Assembly: GCA_973895155.1 (NCBI GenBank)
Contig: OZ316899.1
Coordinates: 16,271,974 to 16,335,973 of the forward strand
Direction of reading: 5' to 3'
From: Marsupella aquatica
Taxonomy: Eukaryota; Plantae; Marchantiophyta
Length of the DNA stretch: 64,000 nt
A program made the position numbers and the translations under genes. Below, piece after piece: positions 25,677 to 40,363 of the stretch. How positions within the stretch are numbered: position 1 is the first letter of the stretch; the number at the start of each line of letters is the position of its first letter. The notes below the pieces were generated by a model. It saw only the letters and a program-made list of their open reading frames with translations. It was not told the origin of the DNA and searched no databases.

Positions 25677-28600
25677 ATGGAACAGAGTGACACAGAGATG
25701 TGTGAGTATGAAAGGAAAGCTATGGAACAACGAGCATACGTGAAAGCCAAAATCGCAGAACTGGATCTGGAAAAGGATGTGGCTGAATTGTAAGGGAACG
25801 ATTCTCAACTACACCCCTCCGCTGAGTTTGTGTGACATGAATAGTTCAATGTGGCACTGAAATTGTGACTGTATTCTCATATTGGAATGTCGCAGAGCCA
25901 CAGCATTTTCAAAGAAACAAAAGGAGTACGCAAGAAGGGTGACCAGCACTATCTCTGGGCCTATGCGTCGGAGTGACAGGTTGAGCAAGAAGGTCGTACC
26001 TACAATGGCAGAATGTGGAGATGACATTGATGCTGCACAGGTGGGTGCAGACACTAGACAAGAAGATGCAGATGATGAGTATTTTCCAGAGGAAATGGAT
26101 GAGGATGGGGGTTATGAAGATGAATACATTGCAGAGCAGCCCCAAAAGAAACAGGTAAGTAGTTTTCCCAACAAGGTTTTGAGTTGAAAACTCTTGTTTA
26201 GAGGTTTCATATGTTCAGTACTACACATATGTACCTTGCTTAGTTCCTGACATTGTAGTTGGTGATGTGATGCAGCGTCCTGCCAGTTCTGTTTTGCCTT
26301 CGAAGCCTGTGCATGCACCATACCAGCAGGGGGGGCTGACCTCTGATCAAGGTTGGCGAGGTGGTAGTAGTGGTAGATCCCAGGCTGGTGCCCAATACTA
26401 TGGCAGGGGGCAAGCTCTAGGTTATGCCCGTGGTAGAGGCAGAGCAGGTCCAAACCCACAATCTCGTGGGTATGGACGTCCACCTCAACCATGGGGATGT
26501 GAGTATATATCTATATGCCAGTTCTTTGTGAAGGCATGGCACTCCTGAATTTCAGACTGCATATCAATTTTTGACATTGTTTGGGATGTATTGGATTCAG
26601 ACAACATGAAATTCTGTCCACCTGCCATTGCATGCAGATTCTGCCCAACCTGATTGGGCAAATGCTAGTAATGATCAGTTCCAATGTCCACAAGGACAGA
26701 CATGGGTTGAACCAGGTTGGGAGGATGGTGGTGGGTCGTGGAATGAACAAGGTTGGGAAGGTGGTGAAGGTAATTGGCAGGGATATCAAAATTCAGTACC
26801 TACAAACGCTGGAAGAGGGGCAGGTAATGTCTGATCTTGTCAGCAATGGAAGAACTCATTATATCTGGAGTCCATTCACGTGGGGGGGACTCTGCACATG
26901 TATAATGATAGAAAATGTATGTGTGCAGGTTGGACAGTCGAACCATCGACTCAAGTATTCACTAATGCCCCTATGCAGATGCAGCACGGAAGGGGGACAG
27001 GTATGTTGGTGAATGTTCAGTTGTTTTCCTACAGTTTGTACTTAGTTTTCAGTACATATGTTTGCACACACATACCTAGAAAGTGACATCATCCGGCCCC
27101 TGTACTAGGCTGGACAGGTGGTCCAGGGTCGCAACAATTTCAGAGTGCAGTCCCTGCACAGGCATCTACAGGCAGAGCTACAGGTATGTATGTTTGAAGA
27201 ATTTTTCTTGAAGTGAAGCATTGAATGTTGCCGTCATCCATTCTGCTATATGTAGTTCTCAAGCATGAATGGCATTGTATTTTCCCAGGTGGCTTCAGAA
27301 CCCCAGGTAGGGTGAATGAAGGGGTGGCCAATACAACGCCCAGTACTACCGAGAGCAGTGCACGAGGGGAGGTGACAAAGAAAGGGAACGTAAAGTTGAA
27401 TGAGAGACAATGGGTGGATGCTGAGTGTCCTCGCAAGAACCGATGGCATGCTGATTTGAAAGCTGAAGTATTGCGTTGGTTAGATGTGAGTGTTATTAAT
27501 TTTAAAAAACAGCATCCAAAAGATTGGAAGACTATATGTGAAAATGTTGCTGCCAAATGGAATTATGTGGGCAGTGATGATGGCGTGGACATAGGTTGCC
27601 TAGAGAGTACAGCAGGTAAAATCATCAAGCAAGAGAGGTGGAGAATGCATAAGGCTTGGAAGGAAGGTGGGGAGAAGCCAGATATGCCTCCACCAGCCAG
27701 TTGTGATGATAAAGTGTGGGCAAGGTTAGTAGCTTATTTTGTAACAGATGCTTCAAAAAAGAAGAGTTCACAGATGACTGAGGCCAGGTTGAGTGTTCAG
27801 AACCCTAATCTGACAGGAAGGACCGGCACTGCACCGACAGCTAAACGTTTGGTAAGAATGAATGGCCTAGCTATGTAATTTATGCTACACTATGTACTGT
27901 TTTTTAGTGTAAACCCATACATGTAAACTTTGTTTTTTAGTGTACGTTCCCTGAATATTGATTGATAACTTGTGTTTGCCATGCATGTGCAGAAAGCCCA
28001 ATTGGGGCAAAGCCCTTCAAAAGAAGAGTTGAGGGCTGAAATTGTGAACACCCGGGCTCAAGAGGGTGCATCTGAATCCTCCAAGCATGTAAGTTATATG
28101 AGTTCTGATTGGTAATTGAATGACCTGCGTTGAATTTCAGGTGTACATTGTATATAACATTGATTGTGCATATATTGCCCAACATTTCATATGGAGTGAT
28201 TGAACCTATACCCCTGTGTCATGTAGGGAGGTGGATCTTCACTTACAGAGATAAGTGGTCGTTTGAAGGCTGTTGAAACATGTCTTCCAGAGATCAATGA
28301 ACGTTTGAATTCATTGACTGACTTGTTCCATGTGAACTTCAAGACATTAATGGAAGCTGTTGTGTCGGTGAGAGATAAAATTGATTCCAATTCTGCAGGA
28401 GTTCCACCATCACCACTTGAGGTGGCAAAGTCGATGCACTCTTCTGGCATGCCAACGACATGTAGGCTTGAAGGTAAGGCCTTTACAACTGTGTGGGATA
28501 TGATTATTAAATGTATAGTTTGAATTGACATTGTTTGTTGAATGTGTTATTTTCAGTAACATATATTGTGGTTGATGTGTCCATAGAGAATAAGACAGGT

Positions 28601-29383
28601 GCTACAGAGAAGAAGTATGAGAACCTGGCAAATACTCGCTGTAATTTAGAGGCAACAAAGTTGCAGTCTGTACAAGCAACTTGTTTGACAGAGGGCAGTC
28701 AACCATGTTTGGATGAGGATGACATTGGCAAGGGAGTGGATGATATCAATGTTGGGGCAAATGAGGATATCAGCAAGCATGACAATGATACCATTGAGCC
28801 AGATTCATGCTATGTAGATCTTGACTCCATTGCAGAGATAAATGATTTGCAGAATGTATCATTCTCAATGACATGTGTGCCTCTTGTTGAGATACATCCA
28901 ACCAAAGAGTTAGTTGGTATGACACTCCCAGGTGATGAACCTGCTACTGTGACAGTCCTAACAGAGGAACCTACTGAGCCTAGCTTCACTACTGTGAAGA
29001 GAGGAAGCATGCGCACACGAAGCAAGTCTGCTGGTGGGAGCAGAGCCACGTCAAAGGTTTCATACAAACCTCCAAGAACGGTGCTGGCAGAAAGATCTAA
29101 GGCGGAAGTGGGGAAAGCACCTAATGCTGAGGGACAAAGTGGCTTGTTAGCTCTTGATGAGAGTGGAACACGAGTAGGATTTGGCAGAGTGCAGGTTGGT
29201 TCCACAACGTTCCATGGCAAGAGGATTCCCCCAGGTTATTCAGTAGTGTTAGTCACATTACTAGTGAAACCTAAAGCTGTCCTTCCCATTCCAAACACAA
29301 ATGATGATCCTCCTCAAAAGACACTTGGAGATGCTGCAGGTTCTTTGGTATTATGGCCAAGCAAGTTCATAGAGGATCCATAA
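25677..29383 (+). CDS. CACTA TnpA-like multi-exon gene
   Basis: Many short GT-AG-bounded exons. 27289-27851 has the Ptta/En/Spm-like PP..C...VW..LVAYF..KKKSSQM.EAR. The C-terminal G.V..FHGK.IP.GY..V.V..LP.P..TLGDA.GS.VLWP is typical of Tnp1/En/Spm. Confidence 0.75.
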
Positions 29384-29879
29384 CAATGTCATGTCATTAT
29401 TTGTTTGTAGTGTGAGTCATGTTATGTAGATTTTAGATGTCAAGAAGCAGTACAAGAATCATGTCCTCTTGGAGATTCATAGTATCATGCATGTGCTTTC
29501 AGTTATCTCATCCTGCAGTCATCAATTATGAGTTCCTGTTTTGTCTGAATTACATTGATCACATTGTAAACTATTCCATTGGAATTCAAATGATCTTCAT
29601 TTTTTAGCAAGATTGTGATTGTGTTTAATTCTTATGAATGTTTTATGTAGGATCTGCTTATATGATGCTTTGTTTCATGTGGATGTCATTCATGCTATGT
29701 TCATTTCTTGTATTGAATGTGTTATATTTCTAAAGTTAGAACATCAGGTTTCTATGTATTGTAATGTCGAGTGCTCTCTCTCCTTATGAACTGTCCCTCT
29801 GTGTTCATTAGTCATGGTTATAACTTGCATGTGAACCTTATTAGTTATAAACATGAGTATATAGAGTCCCAAATGGTTC

Positions 29880-30230
29880 TGTTGTGTGACGCGGGCCAGG
29901 GTCTCCATTGGTCTCTCCTGTGACACTAAATGGTCACACACTAGTCGTTGTTGAATGCGGGTAAGTCATGCATGTGACTTACGATGTGACTCGCTGAAGT
30001 CATATTGCAGTCACGTCGAAACAAGGCTAGACTCCACAATAAAGTCACAGATCAGTCACAAATGGGTATCAAGCAAGTTGCAAAGCCCAGTATCAATAGT
30101 GACTACCATTTTTTGGTCTCAACTTTTGCAACTCCAAGGGTCACAGTGTGGGTCAAGTCACGTTGAGTCACAATGAAGTCACATGAGCCAAAATGAGTCA
30201 CATATTGCGGTCTCAGTTCACCTCGGATTC
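29880..30230. repeat. CACTA subterminal GTCAC/GTGAC repeats
   Basis: Dense direct and inverted gtcac words next to the TIR, mirrored at 46330-46625. Confidence 0.75.
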
Positions 30231-30238
30231 TTCTAGTG

Positions 30239-33200
30239 TTGCCCCACCTACTACCATACTTCTGTCTCATTTGGACAATCCGACCCAACCAAAAATATTT
30301 CTTACCTGCTGAGATTGCCTCCACCACAGCCTTATTCTTTCCTCCCTTTCTTTTTCCAGATCTAGTACTTGGAGCAGGATTATCATCAGACTCAAATGCA
30401 ATTGCACAATCAGTGCCAACATCAACAAAACATGAGTTAGGACTGGCTTCTTGCACTTTTCTCTTGCCAGTACTATAGTATAGCTCTTGTTTCACCCTTG
30501 TTAGCCTATCTTTTGACAAATGTGGATTGCCTACAGCATGGACAACTGATCCGAACACATGCCGAACTTCGTGACCTAATGTCTCAAGCTCATCTGAGGG
30601 GTCTACATCAAACTGTATATCATCTCTATGTACATCATCTGAATGCATCTCAGGAACGACAATGGGATCTGGTTCTATTAACCATGCATCTATTCTATTC
30701 AAATCATCCTCAAGATCTTCCAATTCATGAAAATCTCCAGTTGGGCGAGGACCTATGTCTGGTGGTTGGTGCTCTACTTGCTCCTCAGAATCATTGCAAA
30801 CAATTGCTTCCTTCAGAACCACCTCTAGTGGCCAGGTCTCACTTTCCACAACCCAAGGACATGTCCACCATCTCTTTCTAGCTGCTGGTAAGGAACTTTG
30901 TGGAGACATCTGCAATTGATGCATAAGATCCTTAGCAGCAACAAAACCTTCTTTAAGGGCTGCAACCACTAATTCATTAGTCTCAATGAGAGAATAGTCA
31001 AGTAGATTTGGTGCTTCCTCCCCTTCCCCTATAGGATGAATCTTCCCCCATACATGATCTTGTTTCTTATGTGAACGACCTATCTTCAAGCCTTCTGGTC
31101 CATATTCTAGGGCAACAAGCCAGTTCAGTCCAACAGCACTATCCAACAGAGAGCCAAAATCATAATTTTGCTCATGGCCACTCATGCCTCCTACCTTGTT
31201 GAAGAAAATCTCACAACAATCCGAACCTAGCAAGTGGAAGGGAACACCTAGATGTGGGAACTTATCTCGAAAGACACAAATTAACAGCACAATGAAATGA
31301 CATGACATGTTAACATCATGAAAAGCCTGAATAAACATCATGTCTTTCTCAGTGTGTGTTGCAAAGTTCCCACCCACTGAATGGTCACCAAACCTCAACC
31401 ACAATCTCCACAAACGTAGAAAGAATGAAACCTTGGATGCTAACACAATACGGGACCTCAAGTCATGAACTAGAGAAAAGAAAATATCTAAGTAATCTGC
31501 ACAAATCTCCAAGTAAAACTGAGTTCCTAAACTTCGTTCATGTCGTACATCTCTCCTCTCATACATATCTTTCAGACATTGCTGCACTCTTCTTGCTGCT
31601 ATTTGTTGTGGACCTGCCCAATTTTGCCAGTCAGTCCTATTCACATCATCCCAAGCCATGCCATGTTCATGAATTGGATAATGATTGTAGACATTAGCTA
31701 CATAAGATAAAGATGCATGTTGATCTCCTAGCACCAGTAAAGAAGACACTCTATCTAAGGGGTTTATCATCTTTTTCCCATTATGAGGTTGGTCTTGGTC
31801 ACCAAAGCCATACAAATCCCCATTTGGTAGAATTGAAACAGAGTATGTCCACCCTTCCCACCCAACTCCGTACCTTGGGTATGATCCATTCTACCCTCTA
31901 TATCTTCCAACATCAACTTTCGGCGATGTGCATCACCATCACTAGCATGTCCAAGCAAAGGGCCTACCATAGCTCTACAATATTCATCCCAAAAAGCCTT
32001 TAATTGGACCCAATGCTCTCGCACCCAAGAAGCTGTGAACTTATTACAAGTTGGAAGTGCACAAACAGCCAATTTAGGTAAGGACTCATGCAGAGGATTC
32101 ACAATCACAACTCGGGCATACATGCACTTGGGGCATTGTTCAAATGTACTTACAATTTTATCATACCCCTCATCACCTTCACCAACTAGAATTTCCAAAC
32201 CATAGGAGCATACATGCTGCTCTGAAAGTCCACAGAAACCAATGAGAGTATCATACTTTGCCTCCCACCTGAAACACAGACATGCAATTTTTCAATATCA
32301 CAGCAATTCCAGCCAAGTGCTACTTGTAAAGTCATTAAAAAAACAATTGGAAAAATGTCCAGTTCCAATTACCTAGGGCGTTCTTTGATCCTTGTTTCAT
32401 CCTCAACAAAGATAACAGGCACATCCCCCTCAATGCCCAATGAGTGCTTTGCAGCAGACAACACTCTAGCAATCTCCTGAAAGGTTTCCTTCCGTAACCC
32501 GGTTTGAAAAGGTGTGAGTTTTGCTCTATCACATTTTAGGGTCACAAGGCTAGGGGCTGTCAAGTTTTGTGCAAAACAATGAGCAACTTGACATCCCCCA
32601 AATTGGAACATAGCCTGAGCAATAGCTCGAGTCCTATTATTGTAACGATTACCTTTTGGCTTCCTACCTAAATTGCAAGCTACATCCTTCAAGAAATCCC
32701 ACAAACCCTCCTTACCACCAAATGCACCATTCCTGTGTCCATTCAAAATACTCCTAAGAAACAATCTCAAATCCTTCCTGTCTGCTGCAACTCCTAACAA
32801 CTCCTCTAGTTTTCGTTTCTTGGTGCTCAAGGCACATACTTTCTGAGCCTGCAAAGCTAACAACCAATGCTCTTTTCGTCGCACAGAGTTCAGCTTGTGC
32901 ACTTGATCTCTTAACTCTGTGTTGGTCAAATAATCCAATCGTATACCACCAGCAGTGGTTTGACTCCCTCTATGGACTACTGCTTCCGCTTCCCTGTGCA
33001 CCCGTCCACAAAAATCATCTTCTAGTGTTATAGAATCACATTCACTACAAGATAGATTTCCAAATCCTCCTCCATTCTGTGATAACCTCAAGCAATCCTT
33101 GTGTCTAAAACAGCCTGCTATACTCACAACACAGTCTCTACTTGGATGGAAAACATCCAAGCAACAACTTGGCTCACAATGCCATGTAATTCCCCCATAC

Positions 33201-34456
33201 TGATCATCCAAAATGCCAGAAATATCATAAGATATACCCTTCCATAACACTCGAGGCACACCTCTCTCTACCCATAATCCCCAACAAAGCAAACTCAGAC
33301 CAAGATCAACAGATTCACACACACCTGAACCTGAACCTGAACCTGAACTACTGCCTGTCTGGGACCCATCATCTTTAAAGAACTTCAAAATCCTACTCTG
33401 ACCAGGATGTAGGTCCCTAGAATCAGTCCTCTTTGGCCTGCCCCTCTTCCCAGACCTCAAGGCAAGCATTTTTGTGTCATGCCTAGTCTCCAATGCATCC
33501 AAGTGATCTCGACTCACTAAGTGTGTCCTCAAATTGGGCTCCAAGGTAAGCTTCTTGGGGCACAAGTCAGTGTGAAGCATTCCACAGACAGTACAACAAA
33601 CCTTAAACAGGAAAGACCTGTTTGCATACTCAGGAGTACTGGGATCAGGAACAATAGAGAATAGTTTGCCATCATCCCCAAGCTCAACATTCAATTGCTG
33701 AACTATCTCAACGCCTACTTTGATGGCGTCTGCATGATCATATTCTGGCTTCTCAGAGATGTCTGCTACCTGAACCAAAGTAGAAGGAATGCCCCTTCTC
33801 CGACAATAGTTATCCTTGTGCTTATTGAAGACCAAGTGTTTGGTCTTAAAATTACTAAAGCAATTGGAGATGGATTTAGGGTTCTGAGAGTTGTGTGCAT
33901 TGCCATAAGTTTCCCTACATTCAAGACACTCCAGATGCCCTCAAACATCTGTTTCCTCATCCTAGGTACTAATTCTCCAATTGTGATCACCATAACTCTT
34001 CTTATGTACCCATTTCTCTAACCTCATCCACTCATCTTTCCATAGCTTGATGGGACATCTCCCATCAATTGACTCAAAAGAAGCCCTTACAGGGGAGGGT
34101 GCTGGTGCTGTTGGCCCTTGTTGTGGTGTCCCAGTATTTGGACCCAATGATGCAAGAGTGCAAGGATGACAGGGTACTGGTGGGATCCTCCCACCATCTC
34201 CAAGTTCTTGTTGTACAACAATAACTCTTCCATCCAGCTCAGACAGATCAATTAATTTCTCATGTACAAGTTTGACTCGACCAGGAAGTCTCTCATCCCA
34301 AAAATCAAAGTCAAAGTCTAGAGTAGAGGCAATACAAGCCCTAAAATCATGCAGGGTGTGTCCTTCTTTGAATGACAAAACACAGATTGGTAAATCAGCC
34401 TTGTCATCCCCAACTTTGCGTATTAATTTAACAGAGTTGAGTTTAGGGGCTGCCAT
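30239..34456 (-). pseudogene. P-element/THAP9-like DDE transposase with N-terminal zinc fingers (main part)
   Basis: ORFs 33962-34456, 32369-33835, 31767-32198 and 30103-31815 are consecutive pieces. Motifs in order: EDETRIK, HASDGD..RRK, QDQPHNGKK, DVNRTDWQN, GSDCCEIFF. C2H2-like CLEC..H and CTVC..H..H motifs lie upstream. Confidence 0.75.
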
Positions 34457-34653
34457 TGCAATACAAATCTAGAACATGCATAGCACCATTGCTTTTGGAG
34501 TCGATAACAAAAAGACCTGCACAAATACATTTGAAATACACACAATGCAAACACATTAGGATCTTCAAGAGATGCAATGACAACATACACATTCTCATGT
34601 AATATACATAATGTCAGCATACATTTAACAATAGAAGTGCTAATAGGCCAAAA

Positions 34654-34831
34654 TGTTATAATACATAGGTTAAGTCTAGACTTGGGTTATCTGGACACCT
34701 AGGATTAAGTTACCTTAACCTTAGGTAACTGCTGTAACTACCTAGACTTTGGCTTGAACCAACCACCATGTATATACTCCATTTGGAACTTGAAGGAAGA
34801 ACACACTTATCATTGTGTAGTTACTCAAACA
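34654..34831 (+). repeat. 5' LTR
   Basis: tgttataata...ctcaaaca; identical by eye to 40186-40363. Confidence 0.96.
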
Positions 34832-34845
34832 CGTTATCAGCACGA
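34832..34845 (+). promoter_or_regulatory. Primer-binding site, half-tRNA-Ile type
   Basis: CGTTATCAGCACGA follows the LTR directly. It is complementary to the tRNA-Ile anticodon arm (UCGUGCU-IAU-AACG, recalled) rather than to a CCA end. Confidence 0.75.
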
Positions 34846-35138
34846 TACGCTAGAGGCAATTTCTTTTCCAACATCAGATCTTGTGCAAGACAACGATGAA
34901 TCAAATGTGGGGCTGTTGAATGATTGAAACAAAGTTTATCCTTCTAAATTTTTTTTGAGAAAGGCTCACTTAAGCAAGTATCTAAGGATATAACCCGAAG
35001 AAGAAATTTGAATGAAATCCAGTGACTCCATTTACAAATTGGGAGAAATCTACAAGCGAATTCAAAATTGAAGCTTCATCAATTATCTGAGGAAGATTAC
35101 ACATAAAGTGATTTGAGGAAATTGCCAACATTGAGAGA

Positions 35139-38100
35139 ATGGCACCTTCGACAAGTACAATCAAGAAATTAAACTTTCAAGCACTAGATATAGATGGCTC
35201 AAATTACTTGTCGTGGTCACTGGACGTAAAGGCACATTTGGCCTCAAAGGAAATTCCCAATACTATTCTTACAAATGCAGGCCACACTTTACAACAAAAG
35301 GCCCAGGCATTGATTCTAATAAGACACCATTTAGCGGATTCTCTCAAGCTCCAATATATGAATGAATACAATCCTCGAATTCTATGGGAGGAACTAAAGA
35401 ACCGTTTCGATCACACCCAGACTATATTTCTCCCCTCTGCACGCCATGATTGGATTAATCTGCGCGTAGAAGACCACAAGTCAATTGCTGAATATAACAG
35501 TGAATTTTTTCGCATAGTATCTCAATTGACTATTTGCGGACACCCAGTAGGAGATGATGAACAGATAGAGAAAACTCTATCTACACTTCACTCCACAAAT
35601 TTAGTACTATCAACGTAGTACCAAAATATGAGGTTTACAAGATATTCAGAGCTAATTGCCCATATGCTTTTAGCAGAGAAGCATCAGCTTCTACTACTAC
35701 AGAATACAAAAGCTCGACCACCTGGCACCCTTCCTCCCCAAACACAGGTGGAAACTCATTACAATGCTCCACAAACAACACATCGAAATCAATCACGAGA
35801 CAGAAGAGACCAAAGAGGATCATATAGAGGCCGAGGCTCCCAGAGGGGCGGCCGTTTTCAATCATTCAGAGGAGGAAGAAATCAACTTTACAGAGGCAGA
35901 GGACGAGATAGGGGCAGATACAACAGCTCCAGAAATTCATGGAAACGGGACAATGGGTATAACCCACCGACAAGGAGAGCCGATGACTTTCGAGATAAGT
36001 CTGAAAACCCCCCTATCTGCAATAGATGTGGCACAAAAGGACATATTAAACGCTTATGTAGAGCACCTACACATCTGGTTGATCTTTATAAGCAAAGCTT
36101 AAACAGAGAAACATATGAATCTCATGGAGCATTTTTAGAAGCCCCTACCATCTTACCAAAAATTCACCTAGTCTCCCAACCAAATGAAAACCTGGATTCA
36201 CTAAATTGTTGCATAGTCGATAGTGCCACGTCGCACACCATTCTACAAGACCCAAAATATTTTAAATTCATAACTCCCTCCCACAGAAGAGTCACCACGA
36301 TAATGGGCCAATATCAACTAGAAGAAGGCCACGGCCCAGCTAAACTCATTCTACCCAATGGCACATACATACACATAAAATCTGCGATTTATGCTCCTAA
36401 AGCCACAAGAAATCTATTGAGCTTCAAAGACATCCGGGATAATAATTTGCACATACTCACCGATATAATTGACTCACCGGAGGTTCTACAAATTGTGGCA
36501 AAAACACCAATCGGTATACAGATAAAAGAGACATTAACTGCACTACCATCAGGGTTTTACACTACGAAAGCATATAGTTTTCATACAGAGCTCAAGAATA
36601 GCACAATTACAGAAATACGGCATAACCGGTTGGGCCACCCTGGCACAACCATGTTTTATAAGATCATAAAAGATTGCCAGGGCATCCCACCTACAGTACA
36701 CCCAAGATCACTCACATCTCCTTGCCTGGCCTGTTCAACAGGAAAGATGGTCACTAGACCAGCACCCTCAACCACAGACAAAGCCATACCGAGATTCCTT
36801 GAGCGACTTCATGCTCATGTCTGTGGCCCAATAGATCCCCCAAGTGGACCCTTCCAATTTTTCTTAGCTCTTATATGTGCCTCATCAAAATGGTCACAAA
36901 TTTCTCTCCTATCTACCCAAAATCTGGTATTTCCAAGGATACTTGCCCACATATTAACATTAAAAGCACAGTTTCCCGACAATCCTATCAAGAAACTTCG
37001 AGTGGATAATGCAGGCGAATTTATGTCACAAACATTTGATGACTTTTGTGTTTCAACAGGAATTGAAGCTCAATACTCAGTTCCACATGTACATTTCCAA
37101 AACAGAATAGCAGAGTCACTCATCAAAAGATTACAGATGATTGCTCGGCCCCTGCTTATGCAAACAAATCTCCCTGCCTCTGCATGGGGCCATGCAGTTC
37201 TCCATGCAGCTACATTACTGAAATACAGACCATCGGCTTTTAATTCAAGTACACCATACAATTTAGCTTTTGGTTCTTCCCCGAACATTTCCCATCTCAG
37301 AACGTTCGGCTGTCAAGTATTGGTCCCAATATTGGGGCCTAAGAGGACAAAAATGGGACCACAGCGCCAACCTGGCATTTATGTGGGTTTTGACTCCACA
37401 GCCATTATCCGCTACTTGGAGCCATCAACAGCGGACGTATTCAAAGCACGTTTCGCTGATTGCCATTTTTATGAAACTATTTTCCCCAAGTTGGAGGTGA
37501 CGAAAACCCATGGACACAAATTACCTAAAGATTTACGTTGGCAAATCCAGACTGGATTTTGGAATGACCCTCGCACACAACAAGCAGATTCAGAAATTCA
37601 ATGCACACTGCACCTTACAAGAATGATGGATCAACTCTCTGATGCTTTCGCAGACGCTGCTAAAGTGACTAGATCCCACATCCCAGCAGCGAACACTCCG
37701 TCCCGAATACAACACCTGGATCTAACGGCAAATCAAACAGAACCTCGAGTCAAACGTGGGAGACCAACTGGAGCAACAGATAAGCAGCCAAGGCAGAGGC
37801 GCTCCAAGGAGAACATACAGCCAGCATCAATCCCACCAATAGCAGAGATACTTTCTGAAACAATGCATCTCGAACATGAAGAAATTGCCATCAATTATCA
37901 ACATATAGGACAAATCTGGGATCGGCAGACCACACCTTTGGATCATACGTTTGTATTCCAAACATCACAAGATATCACTGAAGATTTACCTGATCCCAAA
38001 ACAATCCTGGAGGCTCAAAAACGACACGATTGGACAAAATGGGAATCAGCCATAAACTCCGAATTGGATTCACTAATATCACGTAAAGTATTCAGACAGA

Positions 38101-39738
38101 TTTCCCCGGTTTCACATGAAACCCACTTGACTGGATACAAATGGATTTTTGTGAAGAAGCGAAATGCAAAAGGTGAAATAGTGAGATACAAAGCACGACT
38201 TGTGGCCCGAGGATTTACACAAATCCCAGGAAGGGATTATGACTTGACTTATTCTCCAGTGATGGATATCATCACCTACAGGTACCTCATAGCATTTGCA
38301 ATACACTATAAACTTTCCATGCATCAATTGGATATAGTGATCGCATACCTGTATGGAAAACTTGATAAGAACATACAGATGGAGGCTCCACCTGAGCTGA
38401 TAAACATGCTTAAATACCATAGTGAGGGGGAGAACTTACCGAAAAGCCAAGAAGCTGGCCCTTTTGGCCACACAAATCATAATGTGCTACACAACACATC
38501 ACAAACATATGCATATAAGGCTTCTCCAAAGCCAGTGATAAGATCGAAAGCTTGTACAGCTCAAATCCGCTTTGCAATTCAAGTACTGTGCTCACTGTAT
38601 GGGCTGAAACAGAGCGGACGCACCTGGTATCAACGCTTTCAAGCAGAGATGATAGCCATGGGATTTACAAATGCAGATGTTGCACCATGCATATTCATTA
38701 AACGAGAAGGAAAAGAACTGATCATTATAGCAATATACGTCGATGATCTAAACTTGTTTGGCACTAGCAAGATAATGCTAGAAACAATCAACTTGCTCCA
38801 ACGTATTTTCAAAATGCAAGATCTGGGAAAGACAACATTCTGTCTTGGCTTACAGTTTGAGCACTTACCTCAAGGTATCCTTCTCCACCAATCTACATAC
38901 ACTCGAAAAATGCTCACAACATTCAAAATGATCACAGCAAAGAGTGTAAAATCTCCAATGGACCTGCGTTCACTGGATCGGAACAAAGATATTTTCCAAA
39001 AAAGAGAAGAGAACGAACCCCTATTGGGCTCTGAGAAGCCCTACCTATCTGCGATAGGCGCTCTCATGTTCTTGGCAAGCCAAACACGGCCGGACATCGC
39101 ATTTGCAGTGAACCTGCTAGCACGCCATAGCTCACAGCCCACCATACAACATTGGAACGGGCTTAAACGAATCTTCCGCTACTTGAGTGGAACAATTGAT
39201 CTTGGTTTACTCTACCCATCAGACATTGACATTACACTCTATGGATATGCAGACGCAGGATACTTATCCGACCCTGCAGATGCAAAATCCCATATAGGCT
39301 ACGTATTTCTTAATGGACCTACAGTAATTTCTTGGAAGAGCACCAAGAAATCTCTCACTACAATGTCATCTAATCATTCAGAAATAATTGCATTGTACGA
39401 AGCTAGTCGCGAATGCCTTTGGCTATGCACAGTAATAGACTACATTCTAGAAAACACAGGTATGTCAAAACTTACTTCACCCACTGTGATTTACGAAGAC
39501 AATAGACCATGCGTCGAACAGATAGCCGCAGGATACATCAAAGGTGATAAAACAAAACATATTGCTCCAAAATTTTTCTTTACATATGAACAATAGCATA
39601 AACAGATCGAAGTACAATGGATCCCTAGTCAACAGAACTCTGCCGACATATTCACAAAGGCTTTACCTCCTATCATGCACAATGAACTTACCAAAACTTT
39701 AGGGATGCGCAGCTTTACTTCACTCTTACAGGAATGAT
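35139..39738 (+). pseudogene. Copia gag-pol with two in-frame TAG stops (35616, 39594)
   Basis: Gag LDIDGSNYLSWSLD and CNRCGTKGH..C; protease IVDSATSH; integrase LRVDNAGEF; RT YKARLVARGF, LYGLKQSG, YVDD; RNase H GYADA, ADIFTK. Confidence 0.95.
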
Positions 39739-40185
39739 GAAGAAACCAGTTCAAGAAATCTTCTAATTCAGGGGGAGCATACACACCAAGCAACGGTCGA
39801 GAAAGATGAACAACGCAAAATACCGATCACCCTAGCTCTTACGACGAATACATTTCGACGCTGAAGTTGCATACTCCTGAACGCCGACTCTCGACCAAAG
39901 CACCCTGGCTACTTTTCTCAAGACAAGGAGCATCGAGAGAACGCGCGACCACGTGCGAATGAACAATATTTTACATAACTCTAGTTAACCTAGTAATACC
40001 AAAAGTAATCATAAAAGCTCTCATTATGTTTACACTACACTCCTATATTCAAACTCTTTTTTGGTCGGTAACACTCTTTCTCCCAGAAGAAAGCAGGGGA
40101 GTTTTAATGAGGTTACACCAATTATAGATCACCCAACATAGACTTAAAGTTATTGCAACACTTCTACCCAAATGTTGCAAGGGAG

Positions 40186-40363
40186 TGTTATAATACATAG
40201 GTTAAGTCTAGACTTGGGTTATCTGGACACCTAGGATTAAGTTACCTTAACCTTAGGTAACTGCTGTAACTACCTAGACTTTGGCTTGAACCAACCACCA
40301 TGTATATACTCCATTTGGAACTTGAAGGAAGAACACACTTATCATTGTGTAGTTACTCAAACA
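40186..40363 (+). repeat. 3' LTR
   Basis: Copy of 34654-34831, preceded by the purine tract aagggag. Confidence 0.96.

Larger units (their letters stand above)
14905..30238 (+). mobile_element. CACTA (En/Spm) element C, 15.3 kb, cargo-carrying, non-autonomous
   Basis: TIRs CACTAGAAGAA ... TTCTTCTAGTG. 3-bp TSD TTG (14902-14904 and 30239-30241). Subterminal GTCAC/GTGAC repeats and TnpD/TnpA-like genes. Confidence 0.95.
34654..40363 (+). mobile_element. Full-length Ty1/copia retrotransposon, Bianca-like
   Basis: 178-bp TG..CA LTRs, TSD CAAAA (34649-34653 and 40364-40368), PBS CGTTATCAGCACGA, PPT AAGGGAG. Confidence 0.97.

Noticed and set aside
30103-30238. C-terminus of the 570-aa ORF (TRRIRGELRP..)
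   Set aside because: This is read-through into the CACTA end; the real C-terminus is at 14904-14652.
35616-35618. Programmed gag-pol stop-codon readthrough
   Set aside because: The stop falls mid-gag, before the zinc knuckle, where Gln is expected. A CAG>TAG mutation is the simpler explanation.
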